The notes: generated from the sequence alone by a model not told the origin. Shown: positions 1-9,621, counted from the stretch's first letter. The stretch is 55,428 nt of DNA from an uncultured virus (IMG/VR IMGVR_UViG_3300018892_000001) (IMGVR_UViG_3300018892_000001); one strand, 5' to 3'. Translations and numbers: made by a program.

Positions 1-1
1 T

Positions 2-442
2 GCCGGAAATGTTCGACGTTCTGCTGGGATGCGGCAAGGGAAGTACGACGATCCTAATTTTGTTGATGCCAAACTGGGGTTATATCTCCAAGATGAGGCT
101 GGGGATTGGTATTTACCTGATGCTAGAAAGTCGGTTTTGAGAATTGCTAATCACACCCGCGTCTTCCACCACAAACCTACCTTAGAAGAGATCCAGGAAG
201 CTGTTGCCAAGCAGTATTTCTCTGGGGAAGGGGCAATTATGTGGGCGGGAGAGGCAGTATATCGGTGCAATCGCGACTTAATTAGTGAAGGCGATCGCTC
301 GACATTCCTGTATCTCTATAATTTGGGCATAGAACGCGCCGAGGAGTTTTTAGCTGTTGCTTATCTTCGCTACCACGGTGTACCGTGTTCCGACGAGGAG
401 CTGGAGCATCGAATGGAAAGATATGGGACAAATCCGTGTGGT
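2..442 (+). CDS. nrdJ: Class II (B12-dependent) ribonucleotide reductase, exon 1 (5' truncated by window)
   Basis: Frame open from window start: AGNVRRSAGMRQ...YGTNPCG. GNVRRSA and NPCG(E) are NrdJ/RTPR motifs; exon stops at the intron 5' splice-site U. Confidence 0.9.
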
Positions 443-1507
443 AAATGATTTTGCCTCACGTTAAAAACCTGGCAAAATCGGTGAAGACTGAGATGTTAAC
501 GCCGAGGTAATCAGAGGAATTAAAGAGCTTCTGACACCGTAGAGAGTAGAGATTGAACCTAATCCCATCAAGGATAAGACTAGAAAATCTCCACGAGTGC
601 CGGGGCATAGAGCATGGGTCTATGCAAAACGTACTCCGAACTACATTTTTTGTGGTAGCCCTGATATGATTTTAATGCAAAATCTTGAGGAGCTAATCAA
701 TGAAAAATGCGCCATACATGGATAAAGAACACCTCAGTTCATTGATAGCTTTAGGTATGACTGCTTCCGAGATAGGTAAACAATATGGTGTTCATAGAGG
801 GACAATCGACTACTGGTGTAGTAAATTCTCTTTGACTATTTATAAGCAACATGGTCAAAAAAGGATTTATACGTTCGATGAAACTTTTTTCACTTGTATT
901 GACTCAGAAGAAAAAGCATACATCTTGGGCTTCATTATGGCTGATGGATTTATTGAAAGCAGTGGCAGAGCGCTCACTATTACCCTAAACAAACGAGACG
1001 CTGATTTACTTGAGAAGATTAAACAGTGTCTTAAGGCAAATATACCGTTAGCTATCAAAGGAAAGGAAAAGCAGTTCAGGGCTTTAACATTCTGCTCCAA
1101 AAGAATTGTGGCAGATCTTGCACACTTTTCAATTGCAAGAAATAAAACAAAAACCTTGAAGTTCCCTGACTTAGCTAGCCGTCTATATTCCCATTTCTTG
1201 CGTGGCTATTTTGATGGAGATGGACATATAGGCTACCGACAATGTGCCTTAACTGTAGGAAGCGCGAGTTTTCTAGAGGGTTTGTTGAACTTTCTTTGGG
1301 AATCGCACGGTTTTAGACCGTGGATAGGGAATAGAACAACGTACTATCATTTACAATTCAATAAAAAACAGTCTCCATTTATCAACTGGCTGTACGCCGA
1401 CGCTAGGATTTACTTGGCTCGAAAGTATGAGAGGTTTGATACATATTGGCGCAGCGAACATGAAGCTGTAGAACTAGAGGATAAAGAGCCTTTAGGGTAA
1501 CAAAATG
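443..1507 (+). ncRNA. Group I intron in nrdJ with homing endonuclease
   Basis: Removing 443-1507 joins ...AAT CCG TGT GGT|GAA ATC ATT = NPCG|EII. Exon ends in U and intron ends in G. P1: cgtgtggt pairs with gcctcacg with U.G at the splice site. P10: aatgatttt pairs with exon 2 gaaatcatt. P7-like GAGTA (~545)/TACTC (~633). Confidence 0.9.
700..1500 (+). CDS. Intron-encoded double-motif LAGLIDADG homing endonuclease with N-terminal HTH
   Basis: AYILGFIMADG and FLRGYFDGDG motifs; N-terminal MTASEIGKQYGVHRGTIDYW HTH; lies inside the intron. Confidence 0.9.
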   Translation: MKNAPYMDKEHLSSLIALGMTASEIGKQYGVHRGTIDYWCSKFSLTIYKQHGQKRIYTFDETFFTCIDSEEKAYILGFIMADGFIESSGRALTITLNKRDADLLEKIKQCLKANIPLAIKGKEKQFRALTFCSKRIVADLAHFSIARNKTKTLKFPDLASRLYSHFLRGYFDGDGHIGYRQCALTVGSASFLEGLLNFLWESHGFRPWIGNRTTYYHLQFNKKQSPFINWLYADARIYLARKYERFDTYWRSEHEAVELEDKEPLG

Positions 1508-2641
1508 GAAATCATTGGCTCCAATTTTCACTGCAACTTATCGGAGGTTCATCTCAATCAAATTGACCCGCACAACTTAAAAGAGCAGGAGGAGGCGTTT
1601 ACGGTAGGGGCATTAAGCGTGGCGATACTTCTGCAACACAAGTTCCCAAGTCCTGTCTACCAGCGATCGCGTGAATTAGATCCTATCGTTGGCGTTTCCT
1701 GTACCGGGATGTTCGACTTTTTCGTTAAGCGTTTTGGGTATCGCTGGCTGGAGTGGTGGGAAGCTGGGCGACCAAGACAGTGGGGCAATGAAGTTATGTC
1801 ACCGTCTCCTGGAGAAAATTTCAGTCAATCAACAGTCAATGAATTTGAACATGAATCTGAGTACTTTATTGCTTATGAATCTTGGTATCTAAATTGGTGG
1901 CGAGGGATTGTTGAAACTAAGGTGTGGGAGTATTGCGATCGCAGTAATCTTAAGCGCCCAAATCGCTGCACAACTCTCCAACCTAGTGGGACAAAATCTC
2001 TTCTAACCGGGGCATCTCCCGGCTGGCATCCACCTAAGGGGCAGAGGTTCATTCGTCGGATAACGTGCGATCGGAATGACCCTGTTGCTCTAGCTTGTTT
2101 GGACTATGGCTATAAGGTGGTGCCGGCTCAAGGGGATAAGGATGAAAACGGCTATCTTCTTAACGACCCATTTGACCCCCGCTGTACAGAGTGGTTGGTA
2201 GAGATCCCCTGCGAGGTTTCTTGGGCAAATATGCCTGGGGTTGAAGATATTGATGTTAGTCGATTTAGCGCCCTAGCCCAAATTGATTTCTATATGCAGG
2301 TGCAAACGCATTATGTTCGACATAACACCAGCGCGACTATTGAGCTACGTGAGGAGGAAATTGAGTCTGTAGCCCAGCGAATTTATCAAGCAATCCAAAA
2401 TGACGAGGGGTATATTTCCGCCTGCCTCTCAGCCCGATTTGACGCTCACGAGGCATTCCCCAGGTTGCCGTTTGAGCCTATCGACAAGGCGACGTATGAG
2501 CAGATGGTGAGGGACGTGGAAGAGCGACGCATTGTAGAGGATTTCCATGAGGCGTTGGCGAAGCGCCAGGAGGAATCGGCTTATATTCGTAGTTCATCGG
2601 GTCCGGCTGGGTGTGATAGCGACAAGTGCTTGATGTCGTAG
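1508..2641 (+). CDS. nrdJ: Class II ribonucleotide reductase, exon 2
   Basis: EIIGSNFHCNLSEVHL, TTLQPSGTKSLLTGASPGWHPP, HNTSATIE, C-terminal GCDSDKC redox pair. Confidence 0.92.
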   Translation, partial: EIIGSNFHCNLSEVHLNQIDPHNLKEQEEAFTVGALSVAILLQHKFPSPVYQRSRELDPIVGVSCTGMFDFFVKRFGYRWLEWWEAGRPRQWGNEVMSPSPGENFSQSTVNEFEHESEYFIAYESWYLNWWRGIVETKVWEYCDRSNLKRPNRCTTLQPSGTKSLLTGASPGWHPPKGQRFIRRITCDRNDPVALACLDYGYKVVPAQGDKDENGYLLNDPFDPRCTEWLVEIPCEVSWANMPGVEDIDVSRFSALAQIDFYMQVQTHYVRHNTSATIELREEEIESVAQRIYQAIQNDEGYISACLSARFDAHEAFPRLPFEPIDKATYEQMVRDVEERRIVEDFHEALAKRQEESAYIRSSSGPAGCDSDKCLMS

Positions 2642-2713
2642 CACAGAGGTTGGTGTTACCATTTATTCATGAGTTTAAGTTTGTGTAGCGTCGTAGCTAT
2701 AACTTCTGCGAAT

Positions 2714-2742
2714 AAGCGCCTATCGGACAGTAGGCGCTTTTT
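2714..2742 (+). terminator. Rho-independent terminator
   Basis: AAGCGCCTA-tcggacag-TAGGCGCTT followed by T run. Confidence 0.75.
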
Positions 2743-2820
2743 GTTGCCCTGTGCTACTATTTACGCAATGTCATAATGTTTAAGACTTAAGTTGCCACTA
2801 TTCAAGCGTGAACAAGAGTC

Positions 2821-2850
2821 AAAGCGCCTAATGCCCGTTAGGCGCTTTTT
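2821..2850 (+). terminator. Rho-independent terminator (same stem as 2714)
   Basis: AAAGCGCCTAA-tgcccg-TTAGGCGCTTT plus TT. Confidence 0.75.
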
Positions 2851-2936
2851 CATGCCTCTATTTGACTTAATCTAATACGTTAGAATGTATATAGGTATAC
2901 AAAATATACCTGTTAAATACAAAGCAAAACCAGATT

Positions 2937-3269
2937 ATGATCCTAACCAATACAGACTACATAAGCTTGGGTTCAGCCCCAAGTTCGGAAACTTGTGCCG
3001 CCCTTTGTGCTCCCAATTACGAAGAACAGGTAGCCAAAGAATGTAAAGTTTACATTAGCTATCTTAAGCGTCTTTTCCCAATCCCAGAAAGTTTGAATGG
3101 GGAAGTAGGATTTAAAAAGAAGTCGTTTAGTCACGACTTCGGCACTTACTACGAAGTATGCGTAGTCTATTCCGTAGACAACCCAAAAGCGCAAAAATAT
3201 GCCAACAAGGTTGAAGGGAATATGCCAGAAGACTGGGACGAACAAGCAAAGGAGGAACTAGCAGCATAA
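2937..3269 (+). CDS. Hypothetical phage protein
   Basis: 110 aa ORF with AAAGCAAAAC leader, upstream CGTTAGAAT -10-like box and downstream terminator. Confidence 0.8.
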   Translation: MILTNTDYISLGSAPSSETCAALCAPNYEEQVAKECKVYISYLKRLFPIPESLNGEVGFKKKSFSHDFGTYYEVCVVYSVDNPKAQKYANKVEGNMPEDWDEQAKEELAA

Positions 3270-3296
3270 TAGCTGCTCTGCCTATTAATATTTAGC

Positions 3297-3337
3297 AAAA
3301 CACCCCACTGATCACGATGATCGGTGGGGTGTTTTTT
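3297..3337 (+). terminator. Rho-independent terminator
   Basis: AAAACACCCCACTGATCA...TGATCGGTGGGGTGTTTTTT. Confidence 0.8.
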
Positions 3338-3419
3338 GTTTGTAACGGGCTTGGTCTGAGGTAGGATTGATTTAACTTTGAGGGAACGATTGCACACCAA
3401 ACCCAAACTCAAAATATCT

Positions 3420-4079
3420 ATGAAAGGTTTTGGACAACCATTGCACACAAAAGACTACAAAAACGTTTATCAGCAAATAGACTTTTTAGTTCGCAGCGTA
3501 AAAAGCGGAAGTACTCGTGAACATATACCAATGTTTATGACCTCGTTGAAGCGAAAAACCGTCCTTTCTCAGGTCATAAACGAAATCGCTCAACGCTACC
3601 CCGAATACTATCTACAAGCAATGATGATTGAGCAAACGCCGTGTGCGATTGTCACTCCTCTTGTAAAAAATGACAAGTTCTCTTCATACACATGGACTGA
3701 GTTGTCATCACGAACAGGCAAGTGGCTAGTAATGGCTTCTCCACCAGGGGCATGGGATTGTCGTTGCTTAACAGTGTGGAAAGAGGAAGATAAGGCTAAT
3801 GAAATTTGCGAGTCAATATTTGACCGTATATCTAGGATGCCGTTATTCGACTGGCAAAAAGGACGCGGGGAATACATGAGGTTACTTAGGTCGCTACCGA
3901 TGGATGACGATTCCATTATTGGATTAATTGACACGAAAACGGGTAAAACCATCAATTTTGATAGCCAAATACAAGAGCGACTTCTTCCCATTTGGAACCA
4001 ATCACTAATTGGAGATAGCGACGCTGGGAACCAACTAAAGGCGGCGCTCAATCAGTTAAGGCACGAAACCTTGGATTGA
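3420..4079 (+). CDS. Hypothetical protein
   Basis: Long ORF; ATG at 3420 preferred over TTG at 3378. Confidence 0.7.
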   Translation: MKGFGQPLHTKDYKNVYQQIDFLVRSVKSGSTREHIPMFMTSLKRKTVLSQVINEIAQRYPEYYLQAMMIEQTPCAIVTPLVKNDKFSSYTWTELSSRTGKWLVMASPPGAWDCRCLTVWKEEDKANEICESIFDRISRMPLFDWQKGRGEYMRLLRSLPMDDDSIIGLIDTKTGKTINFDSQIQERLLPIWNQSLIGDSDAGNQLKAALNQLRHETLD

Positions 4080-4154
4080 ACTGAGTTGATCTTGATGATT
4101 AGCACGGTGTTTTTGTGGCGCTTAAAATTAACTTAACTTTGAGGGAGCGATCGC

Positions 4155-4655
4155 GTGTTCACCCAACAAGAAAAAGAGACATTGCTAGAGGGCATCCAGC
4201 TTCTGGATGCCTTCATTTCCTCACCAGAGGAACAGAAAAGGCTAACTGAGTTAAGTACCAAGGTAACTGTGGCAGCCAGTCCCCAACCCCCTGCCCTTAG
4301 CCAAATAGAGCAATTTGAAAGGGCGTGTATCGATAACGGGTTTGGTTATCGCAATAAGGAAAATGCGATCGCCAAATTCAGGGAAGAATTCGAGGAACTC
4401 CTTGTTGCTATTGAGTCCGAATCCAAAGAAAGACAGGAAGAAGAACTAGGCGATCTGCTGTACGTAATTGCCAGTGTCTGCCGTCTGTATGAGTTGAGTA
4501 CAGGCGCAGCGGGGCAGAAGATCATTACCAAGTTACAGAAAAGAATCAGGTTGATGGGAATGCTTTCCCCTGTCCCTTTGGGCGAACTCTCGGATAAGGC
4601 TCAAACAAATTTGTTGAGGATCGTCAAGTCGTCACAGGAGGTACAAAATGACTGA
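4155..4655 (+). CDS. mazG: MazG-like nucleotide pyrophosphohydrolase
   Basis: KFREEFEEL...EEELGDLLY (ExxE...ExxD) MazG motif. Confidence 0.75.
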   Translation: MFTQQEKETLLEGIQLLDAFISSPEEQKRLTELSTKVTVAASPQPPALSQIEQFERACIDNGFGYRNKENAIAKFREEFEELLVAIESESKERQEEELGDLLYVIASVCRLYELSTGAAGQKIITKLQKRIRLMGMLSPVPLGELSDKAQTNLLRIVKSSQEVQND

Positions 4656-5160
4656 AGAATATACTCAATTGTCGTTAATTCCAGGGACTGCGCCTCAGAA
4701 TTTTATTGCCCCACTTGCCCCTGAGCAGAATGAACCAAAACCTGTAAAATCTAAGTCCAAAAAGAGACAGCTTCGACAAGGGGATTGTGTGGAGACACCA
4801 TCTGGGGCAAGAGGGATTGTAATGCTAGTAAGTCCACTAGGAGATTGCTATGTAGAGGTGGGAGGGAATCCCTTTATCTACCTGCAATCCGACCTAACCC
4901 GATTGCCTATATCAGTTATTTCCCTGGAGCTGACCCTGCACCAAATAGGTATCGAACTGTATGCCTATCGCAAGGCACTTTCCTCGACAGTTGACGAGGA
5001 AATTAGGGCATCTCTAGAAAAGGCATTGGCAGTGAGAGAAAAGTTCTTTCAGGTTGCCAAAAGGGAGTATCAACTACAGTGCGATCGCATCAGCATTTAT
5101 GACGGTAGACGCTCTAGAGGCTTTGTTATCCCTTGGATTAGCTCAAGTCATGCCTACTAG
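4648..5160 (+). CDS. Hypothetical protein
   Basis: 170 aa ORF with AGGAGG RBS, overlapping the mazG stop. Confidence 0.7.
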   Translation: MTEEYTQLSLIPGTAPQNFIAPLAPEQNEPKPVKSKSKKRQLRQGDCVETPSGARGIVMLVSPLGDCYVEVGGNPFIYLQSDLTRLPISVISLELTLHQIGIELYAYRKALSSTVDEEIRASLEKALAVREKFFQVAKREYQLQCDRISIYDGRRSRGFVIPWISSSHAY

Positions 5161-5512
5161 GTAGGGTGTCTCTTGATCTAGCTAGGCTTCGGTTCACCTA
5201 GCGGAAACAGGAAGCCACTAGCACTTGCCGTATCTGACATGACAATCGTTTTCAGGGCATTCTGCCCACGATCACATCTAAAAGTCAGCCTATCACGAAA
5301 AAGCCGAGTCCGTTCTTCTTTGTCCAGAACCCGTTTGCCATAATCTAAACTCAGTTTAATACCTTTTACTGGAACAGCTTCTGCTGCTCGGTTTGCAGCT
5401 CTGAAACTTTCTTGTTGGCGAGAACCCAGGTTATTTGACTTCCCGCATTGACTGCGGGAAGTTTCATCTTTGTTATACCTTGTTTCAATGTTGCCCTGCG
5501 CTAATTCCAGAC

Positions 5513-5545
5513 AAAAAAAGCCCAGACTCTTAAGAGCCTGGGCTT
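5513..5545 (-). terminator. Rho-independent terminator
   Basis: AAGCCCAG-actcttaagagc-CTGGGCTT with A run on the left (T run on minus strand). Confidence 0.65.
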
Positions 5546-5572
5546 ATGTTTGTTCAACCACCAAGAAGGTTG

Positions 5573-5962
5573 TTAGACGCTTAATACGCGACTAATCGTT
5601 TCGGCGGTAAATTTATACTCCTGACCTGTCTCCAGGTTTTTGGCGAGTATGGGGTACTTGCTGGAACGAATTTTTGCTCCCACAATTTTATATAGTTTGC
5701 CTTCTAGGCTGAACTCTTGTCCCAAGTGTTCGGGCTTCAACCCCCAGATTTCGGCATAGTCCTGGAAATCTTTAGCCTCTTTCCGGAGGACTTCTCCAGT
5801 CTTATCAACCACAGCACCTTCTATTTTTGCGGTGAAGTGTTGACCTGAGAAAGAACAGTTTCCTAGTTTTAGTCCTATTTTGTGCCTGTGAGCGATCTCA
5901 GCAAGAGCTTTGTTTATCTCGACTGATAAGGTTTGGAGATTTGATTTTGTAAATTGGTCCAT
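5573..5962 (-). CDS. Hypothetical phage protein
   Basis: 129 aa ORF with upstream TGTTACAAT extended -10 box. Confidence 0.8.
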   Translation of the reverse strand: MDQFTKSNLQTLSVEINKALAEIAHRHKIGLKLGNCSFSGQHFTAKIEGAVVDKTGEVLRKEAKDFQDYAEIWGLKPEHLGQEFSLEGKLYKIVGAKIRSSKYPILAKNLETGQEYKFTAETISRVLSV

Positions 5963-6021
5963 GTTACGTATCTATGTGTGGATACTACAATTGTAACATT
6001 TCAGTAATACACAAAAACGTA

Positions 6022-6037
6022 TCACGGTTCTCCGTGA
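6022..6037. repeat. Dispersed palindrome TCACGG-TTCT-CCGTGA (first of 10 copies)
   Basis: Copies start at 6022, 17676, 22179, 27527, 31546, 35052, 40268, 40944, 47864 and 49608, in both orientations. Confidence 0.9.
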
Positions 6038-6050
6038 CGAGCGATATTTC

Positions 6051-6077
6051 AACATCCCCCCCTCAAGGGGGGATGTT
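6051..6077 (-). terminator. Hairpin, likely terminator
   Basis: AACATCCCCCC-TCAA-GGGGGGATGTT type stem immediately after the 6086 stop. Confidence 0.55.
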
Positions 6078-6085
6078 AAGTGGAG

Positions 6086-6412
6086 TTAGTTATCAGTTTT
6101 TTTGATCATATCTGCGACCTCACTCCAAACAACACCAATAGCTTCTGCTGTGCAGCCCCTCTCCTGTAGTCCCTTCCATGTTCCGGAAGAGTACCTGCGA
6201 TTAGTAATCTTTGGCAAAAACTCATCCATCACCTTCACAGGTAATTTGAACTTATTACACAGTTCTCCTAAGTGCCTTGGAGCAAACTTTCCATCGCGTT
6301 CAACAATCTCGTTGAATGCGGCAAGGATAGCCTCGCGATCGCTTTCCAGTATTTCTTTGCGCCGAGAAAAGTAGTCCTTGCCGCGCAGTCCATACAGCCT
6401 GTGTTGTGTCAT
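6086..6412 (-). CDS. Hypothetical protein
   Basis: 108 aa, ATGA-coupled to the upstream gene. Confidence 0.75.
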   Translation of the reverse strand: MTQHRLYGLRGKDYFSRRKEILESDREAILAAFNEIVERDGKFAPRHLGELCNKFKLPVKVMDEFLPKITNRRYSSGTWKGLQERGCTAEAIGVVWSEVADMIKKTDN

Positions 6413-6672
6413 TTGCGATCGCCTATTAATTCTGAATACGGAATTTCACTGGGTCTTCTTCCTGTTCTCCATGTTCTATTAAGCCAACTTTCAAGGCTTT
6501 TGATTGATTGTTCTCTATCCTCAGCAGTGCCTCGAATAAATTCCATCAAAAGCTCAGACTCTACCCTTTTGTTTCCATTCTGAAAAAACTGAAGTTCTCC
6601 CTCTAGTTTTAAGAAGCGCATGAGTTGGTCTTTGCTTATTGTTCCATCTGTCATTATTGTTCCATCTGTCAT
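6409..6672 (-). CDS. Hypothetical protein
   Basis: 87 aa, translationally coupled; N-terminal MTDGTI duplicated. Confidence 0.7.
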   Translation of the reverse strand: MTDGTIMTDGTISKDQLMRFLKLEGELQFFQNGNKRVESELLMEFIRGTAEDREQSIKSLESWLNRTWRTGRRPSEIPYSELIGDRK

Positions 6673-6905
6673 TCGTGATCGTCCTCCTCGGTCAATTCCT
6701 GTGACTGCCCTGCATCGACAAAAGCCTCATTTGGCGCTGGCGTCCCCACCTTGATCAGCAACCAGCCAATCCGAATGGTGTACCCGTGCCTAGTTTCTTG
6801 CTGCCATCTCCAGTAAGAAAAGAACCCGAACACTCCAATGGCAGGGAACTTACTCCAGTCGAAAGCAAGGCTTGGCTTTAATTCTGATTTCGGCTTAATG
6901 TTCAT
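6669..6905 (-). CDS. Hypothetical protein
   Basis: 78 aa, ATGA-coupled. Confidence 0.65.
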   Translation of the reverse strand: MNIKPKSELKPSLAFDWSKFPAIGVFGFFSYWRWQQETRHGYTIRIGWLLIKVGTPAPNEAFVDAGQSQELTEEDDHE

Positions 6906-6952
6906 TTGCGATCGCGTTGCGCTGTTTGTAGCAGCGCAACGCTTTATTTTTA

Positions 6953-7810
6953 CTAGTTTGGGTCTTTAAGGAACAAAGATCCGGGTAGATAATTAAACAA
7001 CTCTGTGAGAGTTTCTTTCAAGATTTGTCGGCGCGATTTACGAAGTCTGGTTAAATCCAGATGAGGATCATCATGGAACCTCACCACACCCTTTTCCTGA
7101 AGGGTTTTGCCGACTGTATTCTTAACAAAACCACCCTCTTTTGCTGCCGTCTGCTCAACAAATTCCAGTGGAAACCCTACTGCGTCAGATTTCAGGTACA
7201 CAATTACTCCCGTCTTGGGGACAAAGAATAGAGCGATCGCATAGTCAACATATTCACCATCAATCAGTTCAATCCCATTTTCAATGGCAAAGTAGGCTTC
7301 GCCTCGTGGATCTATTTGCCATGCAGACAGCGCTCTATTGACAGCTCCCCGCAGTATTTCTACCTCACCTACTGGTTGCTCGTTAACTCCCGACTCGGCT
7401 CCCTTGATTCCTATAACAGCCGCATTAAGCTGGGATTCGTTTACAGCGTCCTGTAAAGCACCAACTTTGACCTTACTTTGACTACCCAAGAAGAAACTAA
7501 TTGGACTATTTCTGACTTTAAGAGATGGTCGGGGTTTTTCTGCTTTTAGTCTTGCTGCTTTTAGTTTTTCGGAAACACGATCTTGAAGACTTCTCGGAGG
7601 ATTTTCTAAATCTGTTTTAACGCCACATTCAGGACAATCAAAAGTGACAAAGTAATCTGTCTCGTCACGAACAGTTGAGCTTGTTTGATACAAATCTTCC
7701 TCGTCTACTAATAATTCTGCTCCACAACCTCCACCTCCGTTCCCTTGCCCAGTGCATATAGCCTTTGTACTCCAGCCTTTTTGTCCTGAACCTTGTTTTA
7801 GTACTTTCAT
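6953..7810 (-). CDS. YjjX/DUF84-like non-canonical purine NTP phosphatase with N-terminal Zn-finger-like domain
   Basis: GSQSKVKV..A, SGVNEQP, GAVNRA and AIENGI motifs typical of YjjX/DUF84; N-terminal C...C...CPEC. Confidence 0.75.
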   Translation of the reverse strand: MKVLKQGSGQKGWSTKAICTGQGNGGGGCGAELLVDEEDLYQTSSTVRDETDYFVTFDCPECGVKTDLENPPRSLQDRVSEKLKAARLKAEKPRPSLKVRNSPISFFLGSQSKVKVGALQDAVNESQLNAAVIGIKGAESGVNEQPVGEVEILRGAVNRALSAWQIDPRGEAYFAIENGIELIDGEYVDYAIALFFVPKTGVIVYLKSDAVGFPLEFVEQTAAKEGGFVKNTVGKTLQEKGVVRFHDDPHLDLTRLRKSRRQILKETLTELFNYLPGSLFLKDPN

Positions 7811-7862
7811 GGTTTCACCTAATTACTACTAAGTTCTTGGTTTCTTGTTAACTATCTAGAAT

Positions 7863-8129
7863 CTATAGTCCTCCTAGTAAATGCTCACTTTGTCTGTAGT
7901 CAGAGTGTGCTTCGTCTACATCGAACTCGATGCCAAGAGAGTTAGGATGCCCCATTGAACCAAGATAAAGCTTTACTTCTATTTGGTCGTCTTTGAGTCC
8001 AGGGAAATCAGACTTAGCAATAGCTGCCAATACCTTTACATCCTCAAATGTTTTTACGTGCGAAGCCGTTATCTGGCAACGATGCTGTTTTTGCCACTTC
8101 AATAATATGCGGTCAGATTTTTGTGTCAT
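7863..8129 (-). CDS. Hypothetical protein
   Basis: 88 aa, GAGGTG RBS. Confidence 0.7.
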   Translation of the reverse strand: MTQKSDRILLKWQKQHRCQITASHVKTFEDVKVLAAIAKSDFPGLKDDQIEVKLYLGSMGHPNSLGIEFDVDEAHSDYRQSEHLLGGL

Positions 8130-8174
8130 TTCTTCACCTCGTAAATGTTTTCACAATCAATTGCGATCGCCTCA

Positions 8175-8408
8175 CTAAAGACTGGCTAAATAGTCTCTAA
8201 CTGCATTCTTAATCTCTAATTCGTCCTCAGTAGCTCTCCAGTCAGTCCACATATGCAGTCTCTTTGCCTTGGGGCTTTTGTTGTTTCTGTAATAAAACAC
8301 ATCGAGCGTCTGAGTTCTGATTGTTTCGGTAACTTTCGCCTGGTTAATGAGGGGATAGCGAATGTGGACTATTCTTATTTCTGCCTTAGTTATTTCTGCC
8401 TTAGTCAT
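8175..8408 (-). CDS. Hypothetical protein
   Basis: 77 aa; TKAEI duplicated at N-terminus. Confidence 0.65.
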   Translation of the reverse strand: MTKAEITKAEIRIVHIRYPLINQAKVTETIRTQTLDVFYYRNNKSPKAKRLHMWTDWRATEDELEIKNAVRDYLASL

Positions 8409-8424
8409 TTCTTGCCTTCAGTAA

Positions 8425-8820
8425 TTAGGATTCAGCCAGTTTACTTAAAAGGGAAAACGCCCTCAGACTAGCGATTTTGATCAGTTCGGACTTAGCTTCG
8501 TCGCCTAAAGACTGAAGCTTGCCGATGATTCTGCGCTTGTCTTCCTCTTCCAGTAACTCTTCTAGTACCGGAATCATGTTGGATGGCTCTAGCTTCACTC
8601 GACTGCGCGAAGACGCAATCATCAAGGCGTCTATGTCTCTTTCGATTAAGTGAGATTCCTGAAGTTGTCTTTCAACTTCAGGATTAGTTGATGGGGCAAA
8701 AGATGCTCGGAAATCGTTAATTAATTGTTGCTCTTCTGGTGTCATAAATTTGTTGAATGGTATGTGGGCAAGAACGATAGTGGGCGATCGCAGCATTGGG
8801 CAAATCCGAGCCGTAGTCAC
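8425..8820 (-). CDS. Hypothetical protein
   Basis: 131 aa ORF in a co-oriented cluster; start uncertain. Confidence 0.6.
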   Translation of the reverse strand: MTTARICPMLRSPTIVLAHIPFNKFMTPEEQQLINDFRASFAPSTNPEVERQLQESHLIERDIDALMIASSRSRVKLEPSNMIPVLEELLEEEDKRRIIGKLQSLGDEAKSELIKIASLRAFSLLSKLAES

Positions 8821-8861
8821 TATGGCTCGGATTAATACTCACAGCTTGCGAATGTTTTGGT

Positions 8862-9158
8862 TCATGATTTTGGTCTGTGAAAAAAGAACATTAAGTCACC
8901 CGAATAGAAAATATCATCATCGTCTTGTTCGACTGGCTTAACAATTGGAAGAAACTGAGTTGAATGAAGTCTCCACCCATCTTTTGCATACTCGTTCATA
9001 AATTCAGTTACGAGCGTTGAGGCTGTTTCTTCGTTATGGCATAGTTTAACGGCAAGGTACTCTTCTTTGACTGGACTACGAGTTTTCTCTGCGTCAGCCT
9101 TCTCTTCTTCTTCTTTAACGAGGCGATTGAATTTCTCTTCATGTGATTCAACTGACAT
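8862..9158 (-). CDS. Hypothetical protein, DUF4177-like
   Basis: EYLAVKL...MNEYAKDGWRL...FFHRP pattern; GGAGGA RBS. Confidence 0.6.
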   Translation of the reverse strand: MSVESHEEKFNRLVKEEEEKADAEKTRSPVKEEYLAVKLCHNEETASTLVTEFMNEYAKDGWRLHSTQFLPIVKPVEQDDDDIFYSGDLMFFFHRPKS

Positions 9159-9188
9159 TGTATTCCTCCGCTACTTTTTGATGGGATA

Positions 9189-9548
9189 CTATATGTCAAG
9201 AAAAGTACTTTTTGGAATAGCTAGCCACCCATCGGCAGGTAAAATTCCCCCCCTATCTTTGGGAATGGAAAGAGCCGCACCTTTTTCGTCGGTAAAATGC
9301 AACTGACAACTAGCACACCCCTCAAATTTCCAAGTTCCGTAGTTCGCGTATCTCATTCCAGTGCCGACACTATCGGCAGCCGCAAGCTCGTAATATTCGC
9401 CTATTTTTAGTGAAACTGGGATTGCTACGGGTGTTAGTTTTTCGGGCGGCAGTTCATCCGGTAATGCATCATCGTCGATATTGTATCCTTTGTAGGTCAT
9501 AGCTTCCTTAGTAACGCAGTAAAATGATTGTAACAAATACGGTATCAT
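9189..9548 (-). CDS. Hypothetical protein
   Basis: ORF; true start may be the ATG at ~9500, downstream of TGTTACAAT. Confidence 0.6.
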   Translation of the reverse strand: MIPYLLQSFYCVTKEAMTYKGYNIDDDALPDELPPEKLTPVAIPVSLKIGEYYELAAADSVGTGMRYANYGTWKFEGCASCQLHFTDEKGAALSIPKDRGGILPADGWLAIPKSTFLDI

Positions 9549-9621
9549 CTATGAGCCAACCAAAATTACAGCCTGATTGGGCGGCGATCGCAAACTGATC
9601 AATAGTAATGGCCCCGTAGCC

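Noticed and set aside
700..1500. Intein in nrdJ
   Set aside because: The endonuclease is a separate ORF with stops on both sides, in a different frame, with no intein terminal motifs.
1505..1507. ATG as the start of a separate second RNR subunit
   Set aside because: Its G is the intron's terminal G; splicing restores NPCGEI.
5179..5512. Minus-strand open frame of about 110 codons without a standard start
   Set aside because: No ATG/GTG/TTG start near its 5' end and no recognisable motif; cannot be supported.
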